DNA of 64,000 nt, taken from the IMG/VR virus record IMGVR_UViG_3300025917_000002, positions 1 to 64,000 of that record, one strand, 5' to 3'. This DNA comes from a virus. The notes beneath the pieces were generated by a model that was not told the origin of the DNA, ran no database searches, and saw only the letters and a program-made list of their open reading frames with translations. Shown here one piece after another: positions 18,035 to 28,492 of the stretch. How positions within the stretch are numbered: the stretch's first letter is position 1; every line of letters starts with the position of its first letter. Position numbers and translations under genes: made by a program.

Positions 18035-18969
18035 TTCCTCTGCTCCTTCGCCGCGCCCCTGCGCAGCTTCTCCTCAATCTCCAACAACCAGTCCAGCCCC
18101 CCGGTCAGGCTCGGCTCGTAGTACCCGTTCTTGAACTTCTCATCCTTGAGCAGCTCCGGCAGCTTCGCCGCAGGAACCCGCACCTTCGCCGGGTAAACGA
18201 TCCCCGTCTGGGGGTCCGGGTGGCGGGTGAAGTAGACGCGAATCTTATCCACCAGTATCTCCGCGTTCGTCTCAGGGTCCCGCACGGGCTTCTTGTCCGC
18301 CCCGAGCTTCTTGACCGTCACGCTATCATGGTGTAAGCAGTCCCCAAACCACGCGATGCACTTGCTGATTGCCTTCTTGCCCGCGATGCTCGGCCCATAG
18401 ATAGCCTGTCGCTGGTCGTCCTCGCCCTTGCTCTCCAAGGCCGTCCACATAACGTGCTGAACCGGGAGCTGCCCGAAGTTGTTCACGAACTCGTACATCA
18501 CGTCCTGGATGAAACCGTAGTAGCTCATGTTGGAGCCGTAGAACGTTTCGCTCCCTTCCACGAACGAGTAATTAGGGTTCTCGCCGATCTTCGCGCCACG
18601 CAGCCGCAAAGCTTTCATAACTGCATCACCGATGCTGGTCAGCCCTTCGATAGCGTAAGCGCCGATCTCTGCTTTGGCCCAGTCGGTGGGCTTCATCGCG
18701 GCGGTGTCACCAGTCGCAACGGGCCACTCGCCCCGCGAGAACTTCCGCATCGTCGCCACTGGCTCTTTCAGGCTGCCCACTTGGTAGGCTTCGATGATCC
18801 CCTCGTCGATCACGTCCTGAATCGGGTCCCAGCCGCCGCCGTCCGCGCTGATGAGCCGAGTCTTCCAGCCCCCGGTGACGCGGTGGATATACCGCGCAAG
18901 TCTGCCAATTTCAGTGGTCTTACCAGTTCCGCTCGACCCATACGAGATACTTGTGGATGCTCTACTCAT
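18031..18969 (-). CDS. AAA_24/Sak4-like P-loop ATPase (recombination)
   Basis: YGSSGTGKTT Walker A, AIEGLTS Walker B, HVMWTALE, YGPSIAGK. Confidence 0.85.
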   Translation of the reverse strand: MSRASTSISYGSSGTGKTTEIGRLARYIHRVTGGWKTRLISADGGGWDPIQDVIDEGIIEAYQVGSLKEPVATMRKFSRGEWPVATGDTAAMKPTDWAKAEIGAYAIEGLTSIGDAVMKALRLRGAKIGENPNYSFVEGSETFYGSNMSYYGFIQDVMYEFVNNFGQLPVQHVMWTALESKGEDDQRQAIYGPSIAGKKAISKCIAWFGDCLHHDSVTVKKLGADKKPVRDPETNAEILVDKIRVYFTRHPDPQTGIVYPAKVRVPAAKLPELLKDEKFKNGYYEPSLTGGLDWLLEIEEKLRRGAAKEQRK

Positions 18970-19244
18970 TTGCTCTCCATTTCAATCCGTATCAGGACTC
19001 GGTTGAACTCCCCTTCGGCTTCTGCCCACCGTGCCCTCGCTTCGTCTCTATACTCTGTAGGGGGCCGTAGTTTCCAGTTCACCGCGCCCCACCGAAAGCG
19101 CCCCTCGGCCTGTGCTGCGCGAAGCTCGCGGGGTGAGAACCAGAGCTGTTGATACGGGGAGAAGAACCACAGCCCTTCTCGCTCGGCTTTCTCGAATAGT
19201 GGTATTAGGGAGGCTACGGGTTCTCGGGTAGCATCAACCGTCAT
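18966..19244 (-). CDS. Hypothetical protein
   Basis: Coupled overlaps with both neighbours. Confidence 0.55.
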   Translation of the reverse strand: MTVDATREPVASLIPLFEKAEREGLWFFSPYQQLWFSPRELRAAQAEGRFRWGAVNWKLRPPTEYRDEARARWAEAEGEFNRVLIRIEMESK

Positions 19245-20773
19245 TCTGTAACCTCCATCTCAACCGGCGTTCTCAACCGATAAAGCCCTGACCCAACCGG
19301 ATCATCCGCAATCGCCCCCGGCCCAAAGCAGATGTCCACGAATACGCAGGAGCCGCCATAGTCGTGGTCACAGGCCCCGCGTGTCTGCCTGAACTTCCTG
19401 TTCAGCACCGACCGCCGCCCGTCCTCACTAGCTTGCCCAAGCAACGCCAGTCCCTCAACGACCTCTTGCTCCTGTGCCGTCACCTGCTCGATCCAGTCCT
19501 CAACCTCGGTCTGGTTCCTGAAGTAAGGCTCGGGGTTTATAAAGAACGTGGGCAACGGCATCGACGGCTGAACGTCCCCGCTGAGCAGCAGCGCGACCCA
19601 CTCTTTCATCGGCATGTGCTCCCAGACGTTGCACTGCGACCAGCTCGTCCCGATGTTGTGCCGCTTGCCCCCCTCGCAAAGCACAGCTTTGCCGCTCTTG
19701 AGCGTCCGGCCCGTCTCGTGCGGAAGCTCACAGTCATACCAGTAGGTATGGGCGTATTGCTTCTCGCCGAGTAAGCCCGCGTCGATGGACCAGGGGTGGA
19801 GCAGCGCGGATTTGATCCGGTAGACGTTGAGCTTTTCGTCGAGTTCCCGGCGACCTTTGAGGAGGTAGGTCATTTGGGTTCCGTCGATCCGTAGGGGCGT
19901 GGGCTCCACGTTCTCATCGTCGGTGCTGTTTAGCTCCCACTGCTGCCGCAACCGCTCCTCAATACAAACCATCTCACTGATCCCCTGAACATCATGCCGC
20001 CCGCTGTCATCCCGCCGCTTGTCCCAAGAGTTTGCGGTCTTGAGCGACCAGACGTACAAGCCGCCGTCGCTTCGCTTGCGGAGAAGGGCGTCTGCGCGGG
20101 AGCGGAGGGTGATGCCACCGATGAAGTCAGTACCATCACAAGCTCGGCAGAACTCCAACTCAGCTCCAGATGCCGCCCGTTGTTCTGCCGCAGCGTGGTA
20201 AGGGCACGGCTTGGCTGCAACCAGCTCCTTAAAATCCCACCGCTCAACCTCCAGCACTTCATACTCGCGCAGGAGCCAAGGGAGCCCGTCCGGGTGAGCC
20301 GCCCACAGCCGAAGCAGCCCCTCGATCAACGCGGCGTGCTCATCGTGTATGAACTGCATAGACTCGTTTACGGTCGCGTCTACTTCGTGGGTCTGGTAGG
20401 CTTGCTCGAACTCCGCGAGTGCGGCGGCTACGGCGATGTCGATTGGTTCCTTGTGGCTGATCCCACCAACATATATAGGAGGTAGGGCAGCGCCTTTACA
20501 CTTGGGGCAAGTACCACCACCCTGAGTTTCTGGAACAGGCTCACCTTGGCATAGATCACAGATCAACATAAGCTGTGGATCATCCAACGCAATCCCAAGC
20601 TGGTCAATCTTCAACAGAACCTCAACCCCCCAGTGGATCGCGCTCCCTACCACAAGGGGTAGTGAGAGGCGAGAACTCTCTAATCCTCTGCCCTCGTACT
20701 CAGACCCCAGAAACCGCTTTCGGGCGCACGTCTGAAATTGTTCCACGCGGCTCCGCGAAGTAAAGTAAGTCAT
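19241..20773 (-). CDS. PD-(D/E)XK (RecB/Cas4-like) exonuclease with Zn-finger insertions
   Basis: SRSRVEQFQTCARK, GSAIH, RADAL...SLKTA, C-terminal C-x6-C-x5-C. Confidence 0.8.
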   Translation of the reverse strand: MTYFTSRSRVEQFQTCARKRFLGSEYEGRGLESSRLSLPLVVGSAIHWGVEVLLKIDQLGIALDDPQLMLICDLCQGEPVPETQGGGTCPKCKGAALPPIYVGGISHKEPIDIAVAAALAEFEQAYQTHEVDATVNESMQFIHDEHAALIEGLLRLWAAHPDGLPWLLREYEVLEVERWDFKELVAAKPCPYHAAAEQRAASGAELEFCRACDGTDFIGGITLRSRADALLRKRSDGGLYVWSLKTANSWDKRRDDSGRHDVQGISEMVCIEERLRQQWELNSTDDENVEPTPLRIDGTQMTYLLKGRRELDEKLNVYRIKSALLHPWSIDAGLLGEKQYAHTYWYDCELPHETGRTLKSGKAVLCEGGKRHNIGTSWSQCNVWEHMPMKEWVALLLSGDVQPSMPLPTFFINPEPYFRNQTEVEDWIEQVTAQEQEVVEGLALLGQASEDGRRSVLNRKFRQTRGACDHDYGGSCVFVDICFGPGAIADDPVGSGLYRLRTPVEMEVTE

Positions 20774-20934
20774 CTTTTCACCTTCGGCTTCTCATCCCAC
20801 TTGTAGCTCTTGCACCTCGGGCAGACCCGTGGCCGCGCTAGCAAGCTGCGCCACTTGTGCCCACAGCCGGGGCGCTTGCAGGAATGGTTCCAGCCCATAA
20901 TATCCAGTAATGCGTTGCTTGCTGTTTTCCTCAT
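20770..20934 (-). CDS. Small Zn-ribbon protein
   Basis: CKRPGCGHKW...PRVCPRCKSYKWD; start just after promoter. Confidence 0.7.
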   Translation of the reverse strand: MRKTASNALLDIMGWNHSCKRPGCGHKWRSLLARPRVCPRCKSYKWDEKPKVKR

Positions 20935-20944
20935 TGCGGGGGTG

Positions 20945-20973
20945 ATACTACTACTACTACTACTACCTGTCAA
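20945..20973 (-). promoter_or_regulatory. Sigma70-like promoter with (GTA)7 repeat spacer
   Basis: TTGACA-17 nt-TAGTAT on minus strand. Confidence 0.7.
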
Positions 20974-21030
20974 GCGAAAAACACGAGCGAACGAAAATAG
21001 TTTGGAAATCGTTACGAAAGGTTCCGCCGG

Positions 21031-21453
21031 TCAACCAAGCACAATAACCTCTCCCGGTTTCCCAAGCCGCTTCGCCGTCTTAACCGTCCAGCATCCACCA
21101 CTCTTGACGTGGCTGTTGGTCCCACAGTGGTAGCAGAGATCGAACTTCATCCCCCGGTAGCTCGGGGGCAGTTCTCGCACGGTGATGCAAACCGTCTTAT
21201 CGCTGTTCCGCGCGATCAGAATGTTCCGCGCCTTATATCCTTCCCAGTTCCGCCGAGCTGGCGGATACTCCACGAACTCAAGCCCGAGCTTCTTGGCTTC
21301 CTCGGCTGCCCAGATGTCGATCCCTCCAAGGTGATAAGCGCCACTCACCACAACATCACCAGGACTGAGCAGCGAGCGGATTGCCACTCTCGCTAGCGCC
21401 TCGGTTTCAGCCGTGAACTTTGCAGCTTCCGATCCGACTATTCCGATCTTCAT
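21031..21453 (-). CDS. SLOG-superfamily (YspA/DprA-like) nucleotide-binding protein
   Basis: MKIGIVGS, VVSGA..GGIDIWA, YKARNILIA, SGGCWTVKTAKRLGK. Confidence 0.8.
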   Translation of the reverse strand: MKIGIVGSEAAKFTAETEALARVAIRSLLSPGDVVVSGAYHLGGIDIWAAEEAKKLGLEFVEYPPARRNWEGYKARNILIARNSDKTVCITVRELPPSYRGMKFDLCYHCGTNSHVKSGGCWTVKTAKRLGKPGEVIVLG

Positions 21454-21457
21454 ACAG

Positions 21458-21598
21458 TGTTACCTTTCTACACAATCGTTACCTTTCTACACGCTTCCGA
21501 CACTTGTGAAGTGTCGGGATGCATGATCTTGGCAACTGATTTTCCCATGAGGCTGATTACTAATTTACCTGCCCGGAAGTGTCGGAAGTGTCGGAAGA
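21458..21598. repeat. Direct and inverted repeats, candidate replication origin
   Basis: GTTACCTTTCTACAC x2; TCCGACACTT/AAGTGTCGG inverted pair; GGAAGTGTC tandem at end of helicase gene. Confidence 0.55.
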
Positions 21599-22933
21599 CT
21601 CATAAGAGAGTAACCGTAATCCTACCCAAAAACGCTCTTTGGCTTCCCCCCACGTGACTTGGTTAAACCCTTTATCCTTTAGCTTTTGAGAGAAGCTCTT
21701 ACGCCCCAAATGCCACTTGTCATCATTGATTTTGCACCACGCCAGATAGGCCAACCAAATGTCCGTGTTCCGACACTTCGCGTCCGTTTCCACGCTAACG
21801 CAATCCTCGAAAAATTCGGTCAACGCATCCTGCTCAAGTCTATATTTTGCAGTCTCTTCCACCACCATTTGAGGGGTCTGTAGACCATGCTCGTACCAAG
21901 CCCTTGCCCCCTGTACCACCCAAGCGAGCACAGCAGGTAATTCTTGCAACAACTTACACATCAATTTCTGATCTTGTTTCTCAGGTGGAATGGGTGGTCC
22001 GAGCGTTATCAGCCTGATCCTACGCCAGAATCCGTGCGTGTCGTCCGTTGACCGAGGCTTATGGTTGAAATTGAGCCAGAATTTCCCTTGGGGTTTGAAG
22101 CTGAAATACTCCTTGTTCAAGAACCGCGCCGTTACCTTATGATCCCCGGTCAAGCTCTTGATCCGGCCCTCATTGAGTCTCATATTTTCTTGAGTCTCAC
22201 TGGCTACAATGAACCGCCGCCCCGCAAGAGCCGCTACGTCATTCGAGATCGCGGATCGACTGGCATACTCGATGGTTGAAAAGGGCATCGTGTATGAGTA
22301 AGGCAACAACGCGGCTCCGATCGTATCCATCAACGTAGACTTCCCGTTGGCTCCATTTCCGAATAGCATGAACAAACATTGCTCACTCGTTTCTCCGGTG
22401 ATCGAGTAGCCAACCGCCGTCTGGAAGTAGTGGATCATGTCCATCGGCCCTAAGATGTCACTCACCACTTGAGCCCATAAGTCACTTCTCGCCTCCTGGT
22501 TATAATCAAGCTCAACGTGCATCGTGATTTTGTGCTCTTGCTTACCTTCTATCATCTTCCCGGTTCTCAGGTCCACAACCCCATTAGCAACCCCCAACAA
22601 ATGTGGGATCGAATCCCAGTTCTGGCCCTTGTCCGCCAGTTTCTTGTTGGAAGCGGCTAGATCAATCATCGCCTGGAGCTTGGTCTTGTGCTCACTAATC
22701 AACGTCCACTTGATCTCTTTAGATCGCGCATCCATCTCCATGCTTTCAGCCAGCAGCCGCCGTTGCTGAATCGCCTTTTGTGCAAGGCGCATAACTGCGC
22801 CATCAGAATCCGGTGCCCACCAATGCTTCTCCCATATGAGCCACCGCTTTTGCCCGTGATCGTATCGTAGTTTGTTTTTGTAAAAGTCTGCGAAGAATGA
22901 AGCGTTGCCAGCTTCGGTCTGATTGTATGCCAC
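21560..22933 (-). CDS. P4/D5-family SF3 helicase (D5_N + ATPase + winged helix), no N-terminal primase domain
   Basis: TEAGNA, ANGVVDLRTG, GNGANGKST, IKSLTGD..ARFL, GFWRRI. Confidence 0.9.
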   Translation of the reverse strand: MAYNQTEAGNASFFADFYKNKLRYDHGQKRWLIWEKHWWAPDSDGAVMRLAQKAIQQRRLLAESMEMDARSKEIKWTLISEHKTKLQAMIDLAASNKKLADKGQNWDSIPHLLGVANGVVDLRTGKMIEGKQEHKITMHVELDYNQEARSDLWAQVVSDILGPMDMIHYFQTAVGYSITGETSEQCLFMLFGNGANGKSTLMDTIGAALLPYSYTMPFSTIEYASRSAISNDVAALAGRRFIVASETQENMRLNEGRIKSLTGDHKVTARFLNKEYFSFKPQGKFWLNFNHKPRSTDDTHGFWRRIRLITLGPPIPPEKQDQKLMCKLLQELPAVLAWVVQGARAWYEHGLQTPQMVVEETAKYRLEQDALTEFFEDCVSVETDAKCRNTDIWLAYLAWCKINDDKWHLGRKSFSQKLKDKGFNQVTWGEAKERFWVGLRLLSYESSDTSDTSGQVN

Positions 22934-22939
22934 GTAGTA

Positions 22940-23136
22940 CCCCCACCAAGTGAAAACTCGACTTGCTCAGCCGTCACAACCCGATCCCGCAAGCTGTAAA
23001 AAATCCGCTGGTGAAGACCCGAGAGAAAAGGGAAAAGGCTAGGAAAGCAGCCCCGTCGAACAACTTCCTAGCCTCAGAGTTTTCACTGTGGGATGCTTTA
23101 CTTGGTGAGTATACTACCATCCCCAAAGTGGTTCAA
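22940..23136 (-). promoter_or_regulatory. Promoter and structured leader of helicase gene
   Basis: TTGAAC-17-TATACT; AGGCTAGGAAG/TTTCCTAGCCT hairpin plus T tract; long-range GTGAAAACTC/GAGTTTTCAC pairing. Confidence 0.55.
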
Positions 23137-23471
23137 CAAAAATAACCGTCACCAAAAGCTACGAACCACGGTGCGGTCGCACGTCTCGTAGGTGCAAAGG
23201 CGGCCCTAGCCGTTCCTGCCCAGCTAGAGCCGCCCGGCCCGCCAGCGGAGGGTTGAAGTACGCCAGCGGGTTTCTCGTTCGCGGCAGCTACTTGAGCCGC
23301 CGCTGAATCATCTCCGCGACTTCCCGCCAATCATCCCCTATGATGATCCCATCAAGCCGGAGTAACCGCTCGTTCTCGACCTCGCGCGCCGGTCCATCCC
23401 CGAGCTGCGCTCGCCAGTACGCCATCTGCCCGGTCAGCGCCAGCTCGTGCTCTGCGTCACTGTTGCAACAT

Positions 23472-23789
23472 TCACACATCTTGCTGGCCCTCCTCTACTT
23501 TGGCAATTACCGCCGTCATTATCGCAAACAGTCTGCCAACTTCTGGAAACCGCGGCCAGTCAGGCACATCTTGACGAAATGCCACACAGAAACCTATAGC
23601 GTCCTTACACGCCGCCAGTAACTCAGGAGCCGCAGCGTAAACTGGGAAGTCGTCTATGTGCGCTTCAAATGAATGCTGGTTGTCGCAGGCGAACCGAACG
23701 CCGTTGATTTCAAATTGGCTCGGACGCCCGACCTCTTGGCACATGTCACATTCACCCGGCGTATGCCCTGTTTTCTTCTCTGTCGTCAT
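23472..23789 (-). CDS. Phage hypothetical protein (HTPG...AAAPELL type)
   Basis: Shares GHTPG and AAAP(E/D)(L/M)LAA motifs with 25470..25841. Confidence 0.55.
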   Translation of the reverse strand: MTTEKKTGHTPGECDMCQEVGRPSQFEINGVRFACDNQHSFEAHIDDFPVYAAAPELLAACKDAIGFCVAFRQDVPDWPRFPEVGRLFAIMTAVIAKVEEGQQDV

Positions 23790-25469
23790 CGTTCAACCCC
23801 CTACCGGCTATGATCCGGCTCGTTGTCCAGCTCCTCTATCTCAATGGTGAACTTGTCCCATCCACCATAGAGCATCCCGGCAATATGCAAGAGCGAGTTG
23901 TTCATCTCCTGCACGTTTCGTGCAACCTCGTGTCTCTCAACTTTCCCGGTTGGGTTCACGCCCTTTATGCTTATCGCTTTCATCGTTCAACCCCCTCCAA
24001 CCGCCGCAACGGCGCAGCTGTCGATAGCCTCTTGCTGGTCCACCAGAACAGCACGAACCCGAACAGCTTTAGTTCGTGCCTCTCCCAGATCACGCCATCT
24101 TCAATCGGTCGTCGCCGCATGTGCCACCTCCATTTTGAGCCGCTCTACATAATCAAGCAGCAAATCAAACACAACCGGCTCAAAGGTAAATCTCGTCAGT
24201 CGCGCGCACGCCATTCTCAGCGGTTAGCACCACATTGAATCCGTCGTACCGCGCGTAAACGCCATCACCCAGGTAGACTTTCTCGTTGGTGTTCATCGTG
24301 TTAGTCCTCCCCAAAAATGCTATCCTGGCACTTCTGGCAAAGCCCCGAGATAGTATACTCACGCCGGGAAATCTCGTTCCGAAACTCCTCCGCGATCCCC
24401 TCACGCCCACAACCAATCGGCGGTGGTACACAACAATCATTCTGGATCAGCTCACGCCGGTCGTGTCCGAATATCTCTTTAATGGATTGCTCCATCGCTT
24501 CGCTTTTCTCACTTGGTTTCGCCATAGCTTCAACCCTCCAAAGTGGCTCCTGTAGCCGGTTGCGGGGCTTTCGCCCCTTCTGTTATCAGGTTCCCCAACC
24601 ATTCCACCACAGCAACAAAACCACGCCCCACAGTATCAACTGAATCAAGCAAACGGGAATGTAGAAGAACACCAACAGCCTATCTTCTATGCGTTGCCTG
24701 AATGCCGCACGCCTTTCGCGCTGCTTGCGAGCCTCATGGTTATGTTGTGCAATCCAATCTGGTGTGTATGTCATTGGTTGTTATCTCCCGTCACTGAATG
24801 GACAGCGGCACAATCGACCCATCCCACCTTACCCTCCGTGGCATACAACCATGCTCCTCAAGCTCCCGTTGCAGCTCCTCGAACGTTAGCCAGTCGGGGA
24901 AAACGAGATCAGCGTTACACGCGCAACAAGTCATTTCGATCATCATTCACTCCCATATTTCTCGTTAGCCAGATAGATCACGTCCTCAACCGTTGGCTCA
25001 ACAAGATGCTCTACAACCTCGTGATACCGCATAACATCCTCATGCCACTGTTCACCGTCGAACCACACGTAACCGCAAAAGTTATAGGCGGCGTGCTGGG
25101 CATATAGCGTTTGGTCTGCGCGTAGCTGCTCGACAACAGTTGCATCTAGCGCATGGTCGAAGTTACTGTAAACCGAGTCATCGGTTTCGTTTTGTGGCCG
25201 CTCTTGCGCTTTCATAAGAAAACCCCCTCCAACGTCAACACCGGGTTATTTCCGTTGTCCTCGTAGTCCATCGCCCGTACAACCCGGTCCTCGTTCTCAT
25301 CAAGCCACAGTGCGGCATCGCGTAAGCAGTCGGCGGCGTTGTACCTGATGAAGTGTTTGGACCATTCCCGCTCGTTCCCCGGTGTCTGATTCGTACTGAC
25401 ACCGGGAGGCATATTTTCCCGCTCGTTCCCCGGTGTTCCATTCACCTTTTGGTAGCCCGTTTCGCTCGC

Positions 25470-25841
25470 TCATCGTGTCACCTCCGCTTTCGCAATCGCA
25501 GCTTCGGCTTGCTGTATTACCGGCGCATACCCGGCCTCGTTGTTCTCTCGTTCTGCAACGTGATATAGCACATCGAGGCAAGACTTGAGCGCAGCCAGCA
25601 TATCAGGCGCAGCCGCTATGAGCTGGGCATTTGCATACTCCTCCGATTGCTCGTCGGCCACGTCTGGAATATCCGCCAAGCGAATCTTACAATCAAACTC
25701 TTTCGAGTAAGCTGATATAGATACCACCGGCTCAAACGTGTGACCACGTTCGGCATCCGGGAAGACTGCATCAACTGACCACGGCCCCGGCGTGTGCCCT
25801 TGCTCCCGCTCAACCTGACTCCCAACTTTATGCATACTCAT
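25470..25841 (-). CDS. Phage hypothetical protein (HTPGPW...NAQLIAAAP type)
   Basis: Motif recurrent in phage early regions. Confidence 0.6.
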   Translation of the reverse strand: MSMHKVGSQVEREQGHTPGPWSVDAVFPDAERGHTFEPVVSISAYSKEFDCKIRLADIPDVADEQSEEYANAQLIAAAPDMLAALKSCLDVLYHVAERENNEAGYAPVIQQAEAAIAKAEVTR

Positions 25842-26634
25842 CTTGCATCCTCCGCAATCCTGTCCTCCATTGAGCGAACCTCAATGCTGTCCGGGTCTAT
25901 TTTCTCAAGCTCTGCGTACTCCTCGGGGCTGCCAAACCTATTGCTATCGTCTCGACAATCCCCGTCGAAATCCCACGGATGATAGCAATCGCATATGCCA
26001 CATTCGTAGAGTATGGTCTTGCTGTCTATGGTCCTAGTGCCCATCGTTCAACCCTCCCCCGGCTCCCGCCGGTTCGCGCGGTCTTTCAGCGCCTCAGCTC
26101 AATTCACTACAGAAGGACTCAGTATCAATCGGAAACTCATCAACCGTGTCTAAGCCGTCAAGGTATAACTGGTCGTAGGCGTCCTGCTCATCCTCCGCCT
26201 CGACATGGTAAACCTTCACCTTGCGTTCAATTTCTCGTATCTCAAATATAGGCATCGCCTCAACCCTCCGCGCAGTCTTTCAGCGCATCCCCTCCGTTTG
26301 TGGTTCGTGGGCCACCGTGCGGCCAACCGTTCGATCTAGCAGCTACGCTTTGCCCCGTATCTCCGCACGTGGCTGCCGTTCCCACTTCAACCCAGCCCAC
26401 GGTATCAACCGGCCCGATAAAACGCTTTAAAACGGCGCGTAGCGCGTTTTCGGTTGGTTCAACCCCCTCAAACTTTGTAATCGTCTTGATAGCCTGTCAT
26501 CGTCCAACCCTCCATTTTCCAGCAGTCAAAAGCAAACAGAACGCACGCGAGCACAAGGCCCGCAAACGCGCAGCCGGCCTTCCAGACCAGCTCTGCAATG
26601 AATGGATCAACTTGAATCATTTCGTTCATATCCG

Positions 26635-27201
26635 CTACTCCCCAAAGTAGAAACACCTTGCATACGCCAACAGCGCCTCTTGAATCCCCGGCTCATAATA
26701 CTGTGTCCACGGAGTCCCCCAGTCTTGGTGCTCTAGCCAAGCTCTATGAGGCTCCAAGTGTTCGTCAAGCTCGCCCATGATCCTGCAAGCGGGACCGCCG
26801 GTGCATAGCAGAATGCAGAACTGAGCCGGTCTGGTATCAGCGTCGCTCGATCCTGGCGAGTACCAGTCAGAGCGGACCTCTACGCTTAGCGCGTCCTCCT
26901 CGATTGCTTGCCGCGCTTCATCCTCATCGAACGCGAAACCGTCCGGCTCGATCATTCCACGCTCGATTTGCTCCCCAACCATTTCTCGCAGGGTGTCTAT
27001 ATCGTCTTCGGTATAGTCCTCAACCACAGACTCAATCCCTGCGTCCTCTGTGAGTATTTCCACACATTGTATGTAGGTTAGCTCAGCCGTATAGACGCCA
27101 ATCGCCCCTTCTCGATCCAGCTTAGCTACCATCTCCCGAATAGACTCAAGCTGCGCCTTTGCTTGCTCCTCACTCCGTTCATCTTTCGTTTGTGCAGTCA
27201 T
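26635..27201 (-). CDS. Acidic phage early protein
   Basis: GGAGGGTTGA RBS; LLCTGGPACRI...QDWGTPW. Confidence 0.65.
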   Translation of the reverse strand: MTAQTKDERSEEQAKAQLESIREMVAKLDREGAIGVYTAELTYIQCVEILTEDAGIESVVEDYTEDDIDTLREMVGEQIERGMIEPDGFAFDEDEARQAIEEDALSVEVRSDWYSPGSSDADTRPAQFCILLCTGGPACRIMGELDEHLEPHRAWLEHQDWGTPWTQYYEPGIQEALLAYARCFYFGE

Positions 27202-27227
27202 CTTTCAACCCTCCAACCCTCAAATTT

Positions 27228-27327
27228 TGGATTGACGCCCGGCAGGATTTGAACCTACGAAGCCTAGCGACATAACACAGTTGTGCCCGTCTCGCGTAGG
27301 ACTTTGACCAATTTCACAGAGCGTCAA
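27228..27327 (-). ncRNA. tRNA-like RNA with extended anticodon arm and encoded CCA
   Basis: Acceptor TTGACGCTC/GGGCGTCAA-T-CCA, T arm GTAGG-TTCAAAT-CCTGC, D-loop-like AATTGGTCAAA; no canonical 7-nt anticodon loop. Confidence 0.65.
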
Positions 27328-27400
27328 GATGCCCGCGCTCATCTCGGGCAAAAAGCTGGAAGCGGGCTTTGTGGATCAACCCGCTAGAACCCTTTCTCAA

Positions 27401-28045
27401 CTACAGCGCCAAGCACTGATTCAACTTCTGCTGCTGTTCTACCTCATAGCTCAAGTGACTCTTGAGCGCGTCCTTTGCCTCTTGCTGCGCATATTCCCCG
27501 CCAATAAATCCCCAGCAAGAATCAACGTGGTTGCCGTCCTCATCCTCAATCACATACCCGTATACATCCCCCCTCAGATACCTGTCATACTCCTCAATCT
27601 CCTCTGTCGAAGTATGCTCTAGCCATTTCTCAGCCGTCCCTTTGAAGCTCTTCGGCTTATAGGGCCAGCTCCCGCACAACTCCTCAAACCGTTTCTTGGT
27701 CACATAGGCGAATCCAACCGTGCCACTATCCCAACCGGCTGCGTCTGACCAATGACTCCCCCCGCCAACCCAAATGGTAACGCCCGAATGATCCAGCATC
27801 CCTATCGGCTGAACCCATAGCACGTCCTCAAACCGTCTCAGATACCGGGCCAGCAGCTTGAATCCTCCACGCCGTAGCGCGTCAAGCTCAACATCGCTCG
27901 CTTTGCGGTCCCCCAGCTCATAACGTCGATGCCAGTCCACAATAACCGTGAGGTTATCATTCTCACGTGGGCTCATCGCGTCCTCATCTTGATACAACTT
28001 CACGGTGTATCCGTCTTGCTCAAACTCCTCAACTGGATTATCCAT
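27401..28045 (-). CDS. Phage early hypothetical protein
   Basis: SPRENDNL, DHSG, WDSGTVGF, YLRGDVYGY..DSCWGFIG. Confidence 0.7.
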   Translation of the reverse strand: MDNPVEEFEQDGYTVKLYQDEDAMSPRENDNLTVIVDWHRRYELGDRKASDVELDALRRGGFKLLARYLRRFEDVLWVQPIGMLDHSGVTIWVGGGSHWSDAAGWDSGTVGFAYVTKKRFEELCGSWPYKPKSFKGTAEKWLEHTSTEEIEEYDRYLRGDVYGYVIEDEDGNHVDSCWGFIGGEYAQQEAKDALKSHLSYEVEQQQKLNQCLAL

Positions 28046-28078
28046 TTTCTCAACCCTCCCCTTTCAAATTTCGGTCAA

Positions 28079-28492
28079 CTACTCAACAATGAACTTGCCC
28101 TTACCGCTCCCACCGTCCACAAGCTCATATTCCAACATCGCCAGCTCATCTGTGTGGTCAGCAGCCCAGCAAGTGACTGGTCCTGGGAATAGGTCCGAAT
28201 TCTCCCCTTGTGACCAATCGCCCGTTTTATGTAGCGCGTAGTTTGCAGACTCCCCAGCCGCGCTTAGAAAGCTCAAGAGGCTTTCTAGTCCTTCTTGTAA
28301 GCTCCCACCTTGGCAACCCGAGCACAGGTCATTCCCGCTAAACTCTTGACCGTCCGCAAGGTCCACATACCAGCGGTACTGCGTCCGCCCTTCACTAGTC
28401 CGCCCATCATACTCAATCGCCAAGGTTGCATCGCCAACCCGCACACCCGGCAGCAACCTGCTAGTTATCATCACTGGTGTTCTCAGTTGCAT
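28079..28492 (-). CDS. Phage early hypothetical protein
   Basis: GGAGGGTTGA RBS before MQLRTP. Confidence 0.6.
   Translation of the reverse strand: MQLRTPVMITSRLLPGVRVGDATLAIEYDGRTSEGRTQYRWYVDLADGQEFSGNDLCSGCQGGSLQEGLESLLSFLSAAGESANYALHKTGDWSQGENSDLFPGPVTCWAADHTDELAMLEYELVDGGSGKGKFIVE

Noticed and set aside
19241-20773. Cas4-like nuclease as CRISPR component
   Set aside because: Sits in the usual nuclease-AAA_24-SSB recombination trio; no array
25365-25437. 21-bp direct repeat TTCCCGCTCGTTCCCCGGTGT
   Set aside because: Two copies inside one small ORF (TPGNERE duplication); no further structure
27228-27327. Functional decoding tRNA
   Set aside because: No 5-bp stem/7-nt anticodon loop; reported as tRNA-like only
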